From: Octopus sinensis
Lineage: Eukaryota
Direction of reading: 5' to 3'
Assembly (NCBI RefSeq): GCF_006345805.1
Contig: NC_043021.1
Coordinates: 12,400,001 to 12,464,000 of the forward strand
Length of the DNA stretch: 64,000 nucleotides
In this document: positions 1 to 13,512 of the stretch, piece after piece
Layout of the letters: the number at the start of each line of letters is the position of its first letter
Position numbering within the stretch: the stretch's first letter is position 1
Position numbers and translations under genes: made by a program
Notes under the pieces: model-generated
Told to the model about the DNA's origin: nothing
Database searches by the model: none
The model's input: the letters and a program-made list of their open reading frames with translations, nothing else

Positions 1-550
1 CATAGAAACCATGCCAAAGCTGATGCTGGAGCTTGGTACAGTCCTGCAGCTCATTGCATCCTGACAAACTGTCCAACCCATGCCTGCATGGAAAACAGAC
101 ATTAAATGTTGATGATGCTAGATAGAGAAAAATCTGAATGTAAAGAGACGTTTTGTTTGCCAATCTACAGACTATATTCTTTTGTTTTGTTTTGTTTTGT
201 TTTTTTGCTGGTTTCAATCATAGGTTTACGACCAGCCTGGAGTGGGGTGGGGTTAAGCCAAGATATATTTTGACAAACATCAGTTTTACATTAGACACAG
301 ATGCAGATATGGTTGTGGACTCACACATACACACACACATACACACTTATACACACACAGGTACACATACATACATATACATACATACACACACTAAAGC
401 ATACACACACACACACACTTCTCTGCAGTTTCCATCAAAAATTCCCACTATAAGACCATTGTCTAATCCAAGGCCACGGTCAGAGACACTTGCTCAAGGG
501 GCTGTGCAGTAGGACTGAACGATTTTGTCATTGACAGTGGCTGTGTCTGT

Positions 551-985
551 TTTGGCATGGATTTTACAGCTGGATGTCCTTCCTAACGCCAACCACCCCA
601 TAGTGTGGACTGAGTGCTTTTTACGTGGCACCAGCACAAGTGAGGTCAGTTTTGGTATGGTTTTTTCAGCTGGATGCCCTTCCAAACACCAACCACCTTG
701 CGGAGTAGACTGGATGCATTTTACATGGTACCAGTACAGGCGAGGTCAGTTTTGGAATGGTTTTTACAGCTGGATGCCCTTCCAAACACTGACCACCTTG
801 CAGAGTGGACTGAATGCTTTTTACATGGTACCGGTACAGGCGAGGTCAGTTTTAGCATAGTTTTTCAGCTGGATGCCCTTCCAAACATTGACCACCCTGC
901 AGAGTGGACTGGATGCTTTTTACATGGCACCAGTAAAGGTGAGGTCAATTTTTGGCATGGTTTTTACAGCTGGATGCCCTTCTAA
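551..985. repeat. 100-bp tandem repeat (~4.3 copies) derived from the RTE-type tail
   Basis: tttggcatgg-like unit starts at 551, 651, 751, 851 and 951. Confidence 0.9.
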
Positions 986-1192
986 ACATGAAGAGACATG
1001 TATTTAAAAAGGTGTTTCAAGTATGTTTCTTTCACCCTGTATTAGAAAACACTTATTTTAGAATATTGGTGATTTTGATTAAAAACAAGGACAATATCTT
1101 TAAACAATATGTTGCTTGAAAAATAAAAAAACAACATATTTTATTATTATTATTATTACATAATTAAAGCAATATATATTATTGCTCATAAA

Positions 1193-1550
1193 GGTGCAGG
1201 CAATGCTGTGTGGTTAAGAAGCTTTTTTAGCAACCATGTGGTATTGGGTTCAGTCCCATTGTGTAGCCCCTTGGGCAAGTGTCTTCTACTATAGCCCTGA
1301 GCCAACCAATGCCTTGTGAGTGAATTTGGTAGATGAAAACTGTGTGTAAGCTCACACACACACACACACACACTACTTGACAACCGGCATCGGTTTCTTT
1401 ACATCCCTATACTATAGCAGTTTGAGTAAAGCGACCAATAAAATAAGTACCAGGCGTTAAAAAATTAGTAATTACTGGAGTAGATTTGTTTGACTAAACC
1501 CTTCAAGGCAGTACCCCAGCATGGCCACAGTCCAATTACTGAAACAAAGA
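1193..1550 (+). mobile_element. SINE family A copy
   Basis: Homology to 48428-48856. Confidence 0.8.
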
Positions 1551-3142
1551 CAGAAGATATATTTTCTTCTTTTCCACTAACAGACCTTCTCAGTGAAATT
1601 GCATAGTTTTTGCATAAAACCACAGAATGTTTTCAAAGTTCGTCGAAAATTTTGTTCTAATTAGATTTTAAAAAAACTTGGCAGTTTTAGCGGAAACTTC
1701 TTTTGAACATCTTCATCTTGTTCTGCTGCTTTACATCCTTACTTCTCTTGCAATTTTTTTTTTATATTTTTATTTTATTTTTTTTTTAATATCTTTCCTT
1801 CCTATATAGTGTGACATAACAAACAAGTAAACAAAAAATTAATTATATTAGTTTTGAATCGTTAAAAACAAAAATAGAAGACATAAACCAAAGAAAGATT
1901 CTTGGTAAAGTATGACTTCTCGATCAATAGCCATTTTTATTTTTATTTCTTATATTCAATTTTTTTAAATTTGATATTGAAATGTATGCCAATATATTGA
2001 ATATTTAATTTAATTAATTTAAAAGATGTTCAGTATTCATCTCTTTATCTCTTCTCCATGTTTTTATTTTCTTCATTATATATTTTGTTTTGTGTTTTTA
2101 TTTTTCAGTGATGCTATTAAATATTCTAAATATAGTCTTCTGTTTTTACTCCTTTAAATTTTGCTATAAACCCCTTTTCTTTAGATCATTTAAGCCATAT
2201 ATTTATAGCCATGTTAGAATACTGTCTTCTCTTACATTTGTTTTATGTGTGTTGTTTGTGCTAATAGTACTTTGTGTCTTTAAAGATATTTATAAGGAGT
2301 TAAAACTGTTTAGTTAACTAAAATGTAAAGCCAAAAACAAATTTTTTTTAAATCCATCAATAGCAGCGTTCCGTTTTGTTTTAAATTTTTGCTTTAATTT
2401 TTTTTCCTCTTTTTCTCACTCGCCTTCCTAATGTATTTGTAAATTACTCTGGAGGCTTTTATTTAATTGATTTAAACATGGAATCAAATATTTTAAGACC
2501 GTTTTAATGCTATGAAATACAAATCTAATGACGACTGAAAGGAGGAAGCAACACCTGAAGGCTATTTTCCCACAACCTTCAGACACCATTTAAACAAATC
2601 TGATGCTATCTCTTCTCCTGAATGGCTTTGTTTAAAAGTAGACTCAACTGAAGTGAAAAAGGAAGACAGTTTCTCCCTGTTCACTCAGCCGTACAAATTA
2701 CATCAAAATTCTAATCACTTCTCCAATGGCTATGGGAAAATTATCTCGCATTTTATTTGATTTTTTTTTTTCCTATTGAATTAAAAATACTTATCTTTGA
2801 TCTTGTATCTTGTTTCAGTTACTAGACTATGGTCATGCTGGGGCACCACCTTCTAGGGTTTAGTCAAACAAATTGACTCCTGTATTTTTTTCCTTCAAAC
2901 CACAGTATTTATTCTATCGGTCTCTCTTTACTGAATCACTAAGTTACTGGGATGTAAACAAACTCTGGTTGGAAGTGATGGTGGGGGATAAACACAAAAA
3001 CAAAGACACATACACATAGATATATACATACACATACATATATATATTACTGATTCTGTTATTATCGTTTTTAAATTGTTACACTAGATAATAATAGAGT
3101 CAATGATATCTTTGCAAATTATTTTTCTCATGAATTATTTGC

Positions 3143-3143
3143 T

Positions 3144-3185
<42 letters not shown>

Positions 3186-3398
3186 AAATCCATTCTTTCT
3201 GTCTGTGTGTGTGTTTTCTAGGATCTCAGGCATCCTCCATCCTATTGCGCTCAAATTTGATATGTAGATACCAACGGTATCAGGACATGCATGAGTCTTG
3301 AAAAAATTACAAAATTTGTTTCCAAGTGACAATGCGATCAATAAAGCCATGGAAACGTGCATTTGTACGCACAAGTACTGTTGCGATGTACTTACTGG
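3143..3398 (+). mobile_element. Non-autonomous Helitron-like element
   Basis: 5' TC followed by (TA)n-AAAA and a tctgtctgtgtg tract; 3' hairpin aagtac/gtactt immediately before a CTGG|T (CTRR) end. Confidence 0.45.
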
Positions 3399-4281
3399 TA
3401 CTTTAAACTCTTCGGTTGCATATTTGTGTGAATAAAGTTGTTTTTCTTTGGAGTAGAAAAACAGTCTATCTTTATTTCTTCTTTTGCTGGTGTCTCAAAT
3501 TTAAGTTAAATCAGTGTTTCTCAAAGGGGAGGCCTATGGGACGGTCGGACAGGTTGTTTTGAGAAAATTTGGTTTAAATGTTTGACAACTCAGCACCGTC
3601 TATTGAACGGGGGAGGGGGCGTTTTGCTCACATATATAGGTTATGGTATATTCTGTTAAGAACGTAGTAGAGTACAGTATGAAGCTCATCCACCCTGTGG
3701 TATCCAGTAGTAGTATTATACGTACTTCCAGGTTTGTGTTTGGGCATTTGTCATGTGTGAATAGATGAATGGAAAAATTGGAGTCAGCCAGAAGGAGTAC
3801 AGTTGGACATTTACTTTTTAATCACTACAATTGTTTTCATGCAACGTAGTTCTCCAGGCATGCAGGTACTTGATTATGCAACTGTTTCCCTGCATTATGA
3901 GATCTAGTTGTGTTTCCTCAGGTGATATATGAATATTGTCTCCATAAGTAAAAACACCAACATCAGCTATCAAGCGATGTTGGGGGGACAAACACAGACA
4001 CACAAACACACACACACACACATATATTTATATGACAGGCTTCTTTCAGTTTCCGTCTACCAAATCCACTCACAAGGCTTTTTAAAAATGCTAAAAATGT
4101 TGCATTAAGTTCCAGTATTGAGAGCAGTTGATAAAAATCTTTTTTTTTTTACCTATCAATGTATAACAAATGTATTGATTATCGTGATTATTTCATTGTT
4201 CTTGTTGATATTATATTGATTGATATATCTCTTTTTTTTATCATTTTTTCCTTTATTTTTTTTCCCCAAATTCTTCAACAG

Positions 4282-4458
4282 GTTTTTTATGATATCGGAT
4301 GCATAAATCCTTTAAAACGTCTTGCAAGTAGCCCAAATGCCACTGCATCTAAGTTAGCCATTGAAGCTTTAAGAATTATCGGTGAAGAGATCCCCCATAA
4401 ACTTACCCAGCAAGTCCCATTGTGGACGGCGGAAGACGTTTCATATTGGGTCAACCAG
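4282..4458 (+). CDS. SARM1: SARM1 (sterile alpha and TIR motif protein 1) internal coding exon: end of ARM region and start of SAM1; 177 bp, phase 0/0
   Basis: Encodes [59 protein letters not shown], matching the remembered SARM1 ARM-SAM junction (VFxEIGAIxxLKRL...ALRxxGEEVP...VPxWxxxxVxxW). Pyrimidine tract plus CAG acceptor ending at 4281; donor CAG|GTGAGT at 4459. Confidence 0.93.
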
Positions 4459-6444
4459 GTGAGTTAGAAAATTCTATTCCTAGACAAAAATGCAATAGCG
4501 AAAAAGCAAACAAAAAAAAACAAACAAAAAGAAACGACATTAATATATAAATATAAATATAAACAGTACACCTGTTCTCCTTCTCCTCAGCGCCTTCACA
4601 ATAAAAAACACTTTTTAACAATTACTAGTGCATCAGCAGCACAAAGCACCTGTATTATTATTATCATTATTATTATTCTTACTTACACCTATTATTATTA
4701 TTATTATTATTATTATCACTATTGTTGTTGTTGTTGTTTTGTCTTAACTGAACTTGCTACAGACATTTTAAAATTTATGTGTGTTGTGGGTTTTCCTTTT
4801 ACTGTTTCACGTTCACCCACCAGGTTATTGTTAAATGTTTTTCTAATATTTATTCTTAATGATATGTGAAAGAAAGAAAGTAAATAAAAAAAAGAAAGAA
4901 AAAGGAAAGTGTAAAAAATAGAAAAAAATACTAACAAAAAACAAACATAACATACAACAAACATTATTCAGCTTGTAGTAGCAACCAGGTGATATATATA
5001 TATATAAATATATAAATATATATATATGTATATGTATATATATTGACTGTAACTGGTTCCTTGGATAGATTGATTGTTAAAAAGCACCATTTCTGTCTTA
5101 TTTTTATAATAATAATAATATTAATAATAATAGTGCTATAAAATAATTCAATATGTTCCAATTCAATTTGAAATGTGATTGATATATAATATTACGATAA
5201 ATATGTAGTATAATATAAAATAATATAATATAATGTAATATAATATAATATAATATATATATATAGTATTATAACATAGGTATATAAATATAGTATATGT
5301 GAAACTATATATATGTTATAATACGTATATGTATATATATTATATTGTGTGTGTGTGTGTGTGTGTACATTAGAATGGGTTTTAAAATATTGAAACATAT
5401 GGAAGAAAAATTTTAATAATGAAATTGTCATCAATTCTTTGTCAGTTTTAACAGCTTTATTATCAGTTCTATGACTTGTGGATCTTATAGGCTGGCCAAA
5501 TACAGGCATACAGGGAGGGATTTAGTAAGGAAATACAACCAGGTTTAGAAACTGTATATTTAAAAATATATATAATGCAGAGATTTTTTTTTTTTTTGTA
5601 AAGTCAAATTTATTTTTTTTTACACGTATTTTTATTTACTAATTTTTTATTTTTTTTTTTTGCATTTATTTCTATTCATTTTTTCAATTTGAAATATATA
5701 TTCCTCAAAGCTTATGTTACAAATGCTATCCAGTTACTGCTATATGCATTGATATGCAACATTTGTGTAGGACAGATACTAGTTGCAAAACTTTGCCAAA
5801 TCTTTGCAAGGAACTATTTTTTAAAGTCAACAAAGCAAAGATTTCTTGTGTAACCTGGCATTTAATGTGGGATATATCTGCAATTTTCTTCTTCTTCTTC
5901 ATTTTTCTTTTTTCTTTTTTTTTTTGATAATTACAAGCCTTGCTGCAAATATAAATGAATATGTAAACTCATGTTTATCTCTCACTGTATGGCAGAATTG
6001 TTTTTGTATTTTTTGTTGTTGTAGTTGTTTTTTTTTCCTCTCTTCAATATTTGATCAGTATTTGAAGAGGGATTTTTTTTTTTTGTCTTTTTGAGGAAAT
6101 GGTCCTCATATACGTGCATGTATCACTTGTTTCCACTTGGATTCTGCTTTAATTGAATTTAATAACCAAGAATTCTATGATATAATTCTGAAGAAAAGTC
6201 ACACACATATACATACACCAGGAAACTTAAAAATATATGATTTTATTTGAGTCACTTTGATATATGTATGTACGTATGTATATATGTATTTTATATAAAT
6301 AAGGATAAGGTCGTTAATTTAAATTAAATATCGATCTTCTCAAGTGGCCAGCATGAGAATAAAAACCTTCAAAGTAATAATTATTATTAAAATTATAATT
6401 TAGGGTATCTTCGTGATACCGCCATGCTGGAAATAGCAGCCAAA

Positions 6445-6498
6445 ATCTGACTCTAAAACCACATTAAATGTTTATTTAATGTGGTTTTAGAGTCAGAT
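6445..6498. repeat. Perfect 25-bp inverted repeat with 4-nt loop
   Basis: atctgactctaaaaccacattaaat gttt atttaatgtggttttagagtcagat. Confidence 0.95.
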
Positions 6499-6663
6499 GA
6501 AGGTTAGCAACCTGGATCTTCAAAGTCATTGTTACCTCTCTTCTCGTAAAAGTATAGTAAATATGCTCTCTACAAAAAGTATTGAGCAATTTTTCAGTTT
6601 AACAGTAATTCATTTTTATTATAACTCGGTGAAAAAACAAACATTTATATATATATATAAATG

Positions 6664-6710
<47 letters not shown>

Positions 6711-7222
6711 TTTTTTGAGTATTGGAGGACCAAATACCCGCATGTGTTTAGCTAACTTTGCTTTTCATATCATTCTGGATTGGATAAAATTAAGTGCCAG
6801 GCCAGCATAGAGTTTTATCTAATCAACTAAGCCTCTCCCCCAACACACCTGTATTTCGTATGTAGGGAGTGGGGAGGCTTATGTTAGAACACAATGTATG
6901 AGTATATGGGTTTATCATTATCATCATTGTTTTCATATCCACTTCCGTGTGAATATATATATGTATGTGTATATGTATTACTTTGGTCAAGTCAGTTCCT
7001 TGCTAGAGTGAGTTTTAAATCTTGGTGCACAGGGAGTTGAGGTAAAACTCAGAGTTGCAAACGACTGGCTTGACCCCAAGATTATTCATCTTCCCTATGG
7101 TATTGAGTACTCATTTTTCTGATAGACAACACGACACATATACATATATACACGTGTGTGTGTGTATACATATATAAAAGTCTGTATGTATATAGATATG
7201 TATATGTATATATGTTGGTGTA

Positions 7223-7286
<64 letters not shown>

Positions 7287-7755
7287 AAAGCTACATCAGA
7301 TGCCATGATGGATCTAAGGTGTAGGTAGAAGAGGTGGTCAGACTGCTTAAACAGGAGATAACCACTGTGTGTGTGTGTGTGTATAGAATGGTTGAAAAAT
7401 ATGCAAATCTGTTAACTCTTGATATCAGAAATTCTTTAAATCTCTTACTAGATTTCTAGTAAAGAAAGCTAATAGTGAATACAAGATTACTAACAGCTAT
7501 TGGTAACCGAGCTTCTGTCGTGTTTGTTTTTTGTTTTGAATTATATTTTTGAAATGACATTTTTTTTTTCTTCTCCTTTCATTTGTTAACGTTTATTACT
7601 TATATTGGAATGAAAATAAAATTTATCGATGGTTAAAACCTTTTCTCTGTTTATATTTTTGATGCATGTTATTTCTGGTAAGCTTCGTTCTAATTGGAAG
7701 CTTGCATTCCTCTTAAACGGATGATAGCTGTAAATGCATATACATGTGCATATAC

Positions 7756-7817
<62 letters not shown>

Positions 7818-7872
7818 GTAATGCAATACGAGAGTATTGCTTTCCAGTAAAGAATAGCCCGTGAGGGAAAAT

Positions 7873-8007
7873 TATACATAGAAGTAAATATATGGCACAA
7901 CGAAGTACCGATATTTACTGGAAATAGCGAACGTAATAATACGACGCTATATTACGTTCGCTATTTCCAGTAAATATTGGTACCTCGTTGTGCCATATAT
8001 TTACTTC

Positions 8008-8015
<8 letters not shown>
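7873..8015. repeat. Fold-back inverted repeat, 66-bp arms, 11-nt spacer
   Basis: 7873-7938 versus 7950-8015, 64/66 identical. Confidence 0.95.
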
Positions 8016-8043
<28 letters not shown>

Positions 8044-8743
8044 TATACACAATTTCAATTTTTATGTATGTTTGGGTGTGTTTGTATTTCACTTAAATGA
8101 ATGGTTAATAACAATAATAATAATTTATCTCTTAACAATCATAAGAGTCATTTGGAAATTATTTTTTTTTTCTTTGTTCTCCTTAACTCACAAAGTAAAA
8201 AGAAAGGAATTATCTTCTAGAAAACTTATGAAATACGTATACATTTCATATTGTTTAATATATTCTCTGCTTTCAAGGATGGCAAAATATTTTCTTTTGA
8301 AGTGAATCTACTCTTTAAATAAAGAATTAAATGAACCACACCAGAATAAAAGATAACTTTTGTAATTTTCAACCCACTTGAACTGTGATAAGATGAAATT
8401 TTTTTCTTCTTTCTCTAATATATGTATGTGTGTGTGTATGTCTGTATGCATATATATATATAGAGAGAGAGAGCATTATAAGTATACTATATATGATATA
8501 TATTAACTCTGTGTGTGTGTATATATATATATAAGCTTGAACTTATAGGATGACTTGAATGGTATGCTAGGAGAATATATAGATGAAGCAATATTTTTGC
8601 TGTTGGATTTAGATTTTGTATTTTCAAGCGTGATTTGGTTTTGAAGTAGATTAAGAAGGATTTATCAGGATTCATTGCTTTTTTTTTTTTTGGCATTAAT
8701 TTACATATACATGAATATATATATATATATATATATATATACA

Positions 8744-8785
<42 letters not shown>

Positions 8786-9688
8786 GGGGATTCTCAATAT
8801 GTATTTTGGAATCAGTTGTATTTACTGTGATGAGGAATTTTTATGTTTTTTTATTTTTTTTAATCAGTCAGTATTCCATGCTGGTGATCTTAATGTCAAT
8901 TGCAAGACAGCAGCAATGTTCCGAAGATGCTGCTAGAGGCAGCGATATTTGGTTGCTCTACCATTCGTCTTCACTCCATAAAATATTTTGCTATCCTTTG
9001 AGTCATTATTCTAGTAAATAGGCTTAAAAAATTACTAACTGCTCCATATCCTGTTGGTTTTATCACTAACTTATTATTCAGAGAGAGAGAAAAAAAAGAA
9101 CTGATATTTTCTTCCATACTTCTCTTAACTCTCGGCATTATAGAAAATATATGTTGGGTTTCTTTTCTTTTTTTTTTAAAAAAAAAAAGAAAAATTTGGA
9201 ACTTTAAAAAAATTGTTTAAAAAGTTGCCATACTAATATCTCAGTATGCATGCTTTGACTTATTTTTCTTGAAAAACACATGAAATTACATAAAAACAAT
9301 GAATTTAAAAAAAAACAATAAAGGAACACGTTTAAAAAAAAGAAATTATAATTTATAAGTAAACTTTATTGCCAAATTCTATGAATTAAAGCATCTCCAA
9401 TATCTGCTTGTGTTGCTTTTACTATCTAATAATTGTTTCATTATTATTATTGTTATTTTTTTTTACTTTCATTCTCTTTCACCCTTTCTGTCTGCTCACG
9501 TTTTTTTTTTGTTCACGTATTTTTTTTTTATCATTTTGTGGCTTTTCCTTCATTGCATTATTCCATTTTCCTTTTACAAGCTACTAAACATTTTCTCTGT
9601 GTTTGTGTGTTTTCGTTTTCACTCAATTCTTAATAATATAGTTGTTACAATGTTTTAAAATGCTTCAAAATAACTTTTTTGCCAAGTG

Positions 9689-9756
<68 letters not shown>

Positions 9757-9820
9757 GTATTATTGGTCAGTAATTCATAAATCCCAAAATATGCACACTC
9801 TAAAAATTAGAGCAGTAATA

Positions 9821-10230
9821 CTTAGAAGGTTGTTGGTTAAGATCCCAAAGAATTCACTTAACCTTCTTAAACTCCAAAAAAGAGGTGTTTAGTTGGTGTC
9901 CTCATCAGAAAAAATTCATGTTGGAAATATGGAATTCCCCTTTTGCTGAATAGTGAAAAAGTAATCATCCATTGCTAACCTTTTTCAGATGCAAGTGGAA
10001 CTGATCTGAGGGTGATAACTCCATCTCGCCCACAAAAATTGTCAAACAGTAGAATTTTGTTGAGGGTTATTTTTAGAACCCTAGCTGACCAAGACTTTCC
10101 TACCCCCACTTGTAGAGAGGTTATGAACTTCAAGCCATCAAGCCTGACAAGTCACTTACACCACTAAAAACCTTATAGGCACAAAACCAATGGTCACTCT
10201 CTTACTGGCCATAACCAACAACCTTTTAAG
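9821..10230. mobile_element. TA-flanked MITE, 410 bp, 19-bp TIRs
   Basis: cttagaaggttgttggtta (9821-9839) versus taaccaacaaccttttaag (10212-10230), 1 mismatch; TA on both sides. Confidence 0.65.
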
Positions 10231-10575
10231 TATATATATATATATATGTGTGTGTATGTATGGGAAAACATGTTTCATTAATTACATGACTGTTCAAGTT
10301 TTATCTTTTTCATTTTAGAATTTTTCATATTTTTTCCCTTTTTTGCAGCTAGTTTGGAACAAGTAGGTTCGTAAATTCATATTCAAAGATTCCTGACCGT
10401 CACAAGGTCTTTGAAATACGACTGAGATGGTCTGGAAACATTGAATATGAAATTAGGAAGTTTATAGTTCTAAACTAGCTATAAAAGAAACTAACAAGAA
10501 AATACAGAAAGTCTAAGATAAAATGGTTAAACTTGAATATAGTCAAATATTCAATCAAAGCACACACACACACAC

Positions 10576-10628
<53 letters not shown>

Positions 10629-10717
10629 ATATGCACAATCTTTGTCTCTGGTTGTTGAGAACTTTTTTGATTTGACCTCGAAGTCAATTTTTGTAGTTAA
10701 TCTAAAACGTATATTTA

Positions 10718-10951
10718 TTAACCCTTTAACAATTCAATTGGCTATATGTGGTCAAAATATTCTACCTGTTTTTAATGTTCAAACCTGGAAGATCCAGCCT
10801 CCCACACTTACATTACAATGTCGTTCTTAAAATTAAACTGTCACATCATAGAAATCTCAAAGCTACAAGATAATGCTTGATTAATTCAAAACAATGTGAA
10901 TAAATGAGCAAGTTATTTGACAGAGTAATAATCTGAATGTCAAAGGGTTAA
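10718..10951. mobile_element. piggyBac-like MITE family 1 (TTAA-flanked)
   Basis: TTAA-CCCTTT...AAAGGG-TTAA; related copies at 27070-27288 and ~55953-56185. Confidence 0.75.
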
Positions 10952-11595
10952 ACATATGATTATAAACTACTTTTGAATTTGATCTCATATATGCTGTGCC
11001 AGTACTTAATTAATATGTATAACTAATTTGACAACAATATATAAATGTGGTTGGGCTTAGCTCGACCATGCTTACATTATTCATTTTAAGTGTTCTCTCA
11101 GCAACCAGAGAAAAGAATTCGAATCCTGACTATGGCTTTAAAACAATGCAGAGGCTTCCTTGTTGGCTCAATGGTATAACTCAAAAGATAACTGCAGCTT
11201 GTTACTTAATAATCAGAACTGTTATTAAACAATATCGATAAATTTTAATTCAACCATAGTTGTAATAATAGAAAGATAAGTTTTTCTTCCATCTTAGGCA
11301 TTTAAGTTTTGTTGTATTCTCCTGTTTTAAATCATCGTAATTTCTTTTTCATTGTCACTTTAACATCCACTTTTCCATGTTTACATGGGTCAGATAGAGT
11401 TTACTCTCTCTGCTTATATGAGGCAGATTTTATATGACCAGGTACCCTTTCTGTTCTTGAAGCAACCCTCACTGATCTTGAAGCAAGGTGATATTTCCCC
11501 TTGGCCAGAAATGTTCCCACAGAATATTAGAAATGAATGGCATTCATTTACAACTGTCTTGTGATGTCAAAACAAGGGGACACAAACATGCACAT

Positions 11596-11631
<36 letters not shown>

Positions 11632-11879
11632 ACATTATTGTCTTAATGTCCCACTTATCCATATTGGAAATGGATCAGACAGAATTTGTTGAGATGGATT
11701 TTCTATGGCTGGATGCTCTTCCTGTCACCAGCCCTCACCTGTTTCCAGGTAAGGTAATATTTGCCCATGATCAAACATGTTTTCGTGGAAGCTTGGAAAT
11801 AAAGGACACTGCTTGTGTGATGGTGATACTTGCTTACAACCATCACCTGATGTCAAGTCAAGGAGACTATAACACACAC

Positions 11880-12045
11880 ACACACACACACACGTGTATA
11901 TTACAGCCTCTTTTCAGTTTTTATCTACCAAATGCACTCACAAAGCTTTGGTCGGCCCAAAGTTATAGAAGTCCATGCAATGCAGTTGAACCAGGAACCA
12001 TGTGGTTGGGAAGTGAATTCTTACTATACAGTCATACCTGCATCT
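11880..12045 (-). mobile_element. SINE family A head fragment
   Basis: Reverse-complement homology to the family A 5' half. Confidence 0.7.
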
Positions 12046-12192
12046 AAAAGAAAAGGTTAGCAGCATGAGTTTATTAACGGTACTGTCATTAAATATCCCA
12101 CAGATGTTTTCTGCTTGAAAAATGTATACTTTTGTGCAGGTTAATATATTTAAAGGTAGTAACCCAAAAGGATTACTTTATCAATTATCATA

Positions 12193-12367
12193 GGTGCAGG
12201 AGTGGTTGTGTGGTAAGTAGCTTGCTTACCAAATACATGGTTCCAGGTTCAGTCCCTCTACGTGGTACCTTGGGCAAGTGTCTTCTACTATAGCCTCAGG
12301 CCGACCAAAGCATTGTGAGTGGATTTGGTAGATGGAAACTGAAAGAAGACCATCGTATATATATATG

Positions 12368-12410
<43 letters not shown>

Positions 12411-12573
12411 TTGTGTGCCTGCCCCCCCCCCCCCCAACATCGCTTGACAACCAATGCTGATGTGTTTACGTCCCCGTAACTTAGCGGTTCGGCAAAAGTG
12501 ACCGATAGAATTACTGGGTTTACCAAGAATAAGTCCTGGGGTCAAATTGCTCGACTGAAACAAGTAAAAGAGT
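12193..12573 (+). mobile_element. SINE family A copy
   Basis: Homology to 48428-48856. Confidence 0.85.
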
Positions 12574-13277
12574 AATTAGAATTATCACAGTAATGAGATG
12601 AAAACTCATTAGCATTAATGACAAGTCAAAAAAAAAATGGCAAGGGAGTGCATTCTGAGACTAAAGTAAAAAAAGGTGGGGGTGCATACATTGGAGAGTG
12701 AATATGAGTTTTGTAGGTAAGAGTGAAACTCCAGACATATTCTAATATTATCAAACCTCCTCAGTGAAGCTTAATCAAACATGTGCACACCAAATATTTT
12801 TAAATATTCACAAAAAAAAGGATAAAAATGAAATTTGGCAAGAGATTGTTTATTCCAGATCTAATGTATAAGTTCTCGGAAATCACTAATTATATTTTAT
12901 TCTAAGTTATGTTATGCCACCATTTAATGGTTGCCCAATTAGTTTCAGAGTTTGAAATTATTTGGAAATTATTCCATTCATTTAGATGTGCTTATTAGTT
13001 TAACATCTGGTTTTTCCATGCTAGCATGGCTTAGATGGCAGAAAGGGGTATTTTCTTTACAGCCACACACTCGTCCTATTGCCAACCATTTCCTGTTTTG
13101 CATGCAAGGAATTATTTCTATTCCAGAGAAATTCAAAACTGCAGCGGATGATTTGTTGGCAGGAAACGTCAAAAGGCCTTAATGCTTGCACCCCAGCCAC
13201 AAATGGTGACATCACCCTTTGTAGCTTAGCATAGATTGTCAGCACACATACACACATACAGAGGTTTCTTTCAGTTT

Positions 13278-13512
13278 CTTATTTCTTCATTGCCCACAAG
13301 GGGCTAAACATAGAGGGGACAAACAAGGACAGACAAAGGGATTAAGTCGATTACATCGATCCCAGTGCGTAACTGGTACTTAATTTATCAACCCCAAAAA
13401 GATGAAAGGTAAAGTCAACCTCGGTGGAATTTGAACTCAGAACGAAATGGCAGACGAAATACCACTGTACATTTCGCTCGGTGTGCTAACATTTCTGCCA
13501 GCTTGCCGCCTT
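13278..13512 (-). mobile_element. SINE family B (tRNA-like head; central gcctttcatcctttcggggtcgataaattaagtaccag domain, Meta-domain-like)
   Basis: Homologous copies at 18412, 26745, 29820, 34040, 34735, 42415, 46785, 50575 and 60335; assignment of the central domain is from memory. Confidence 0.8.

Noticed and set aside
4159-4281. N-terminal part of ORF 4159-4467
   Set aside because: Read-through of the intronic pyrimidine tract upstream of the true acceptor.
9860-9915. CTGATGA on the - strand inside the MITE
   Set aside because: No downstream GAAA or helix III.
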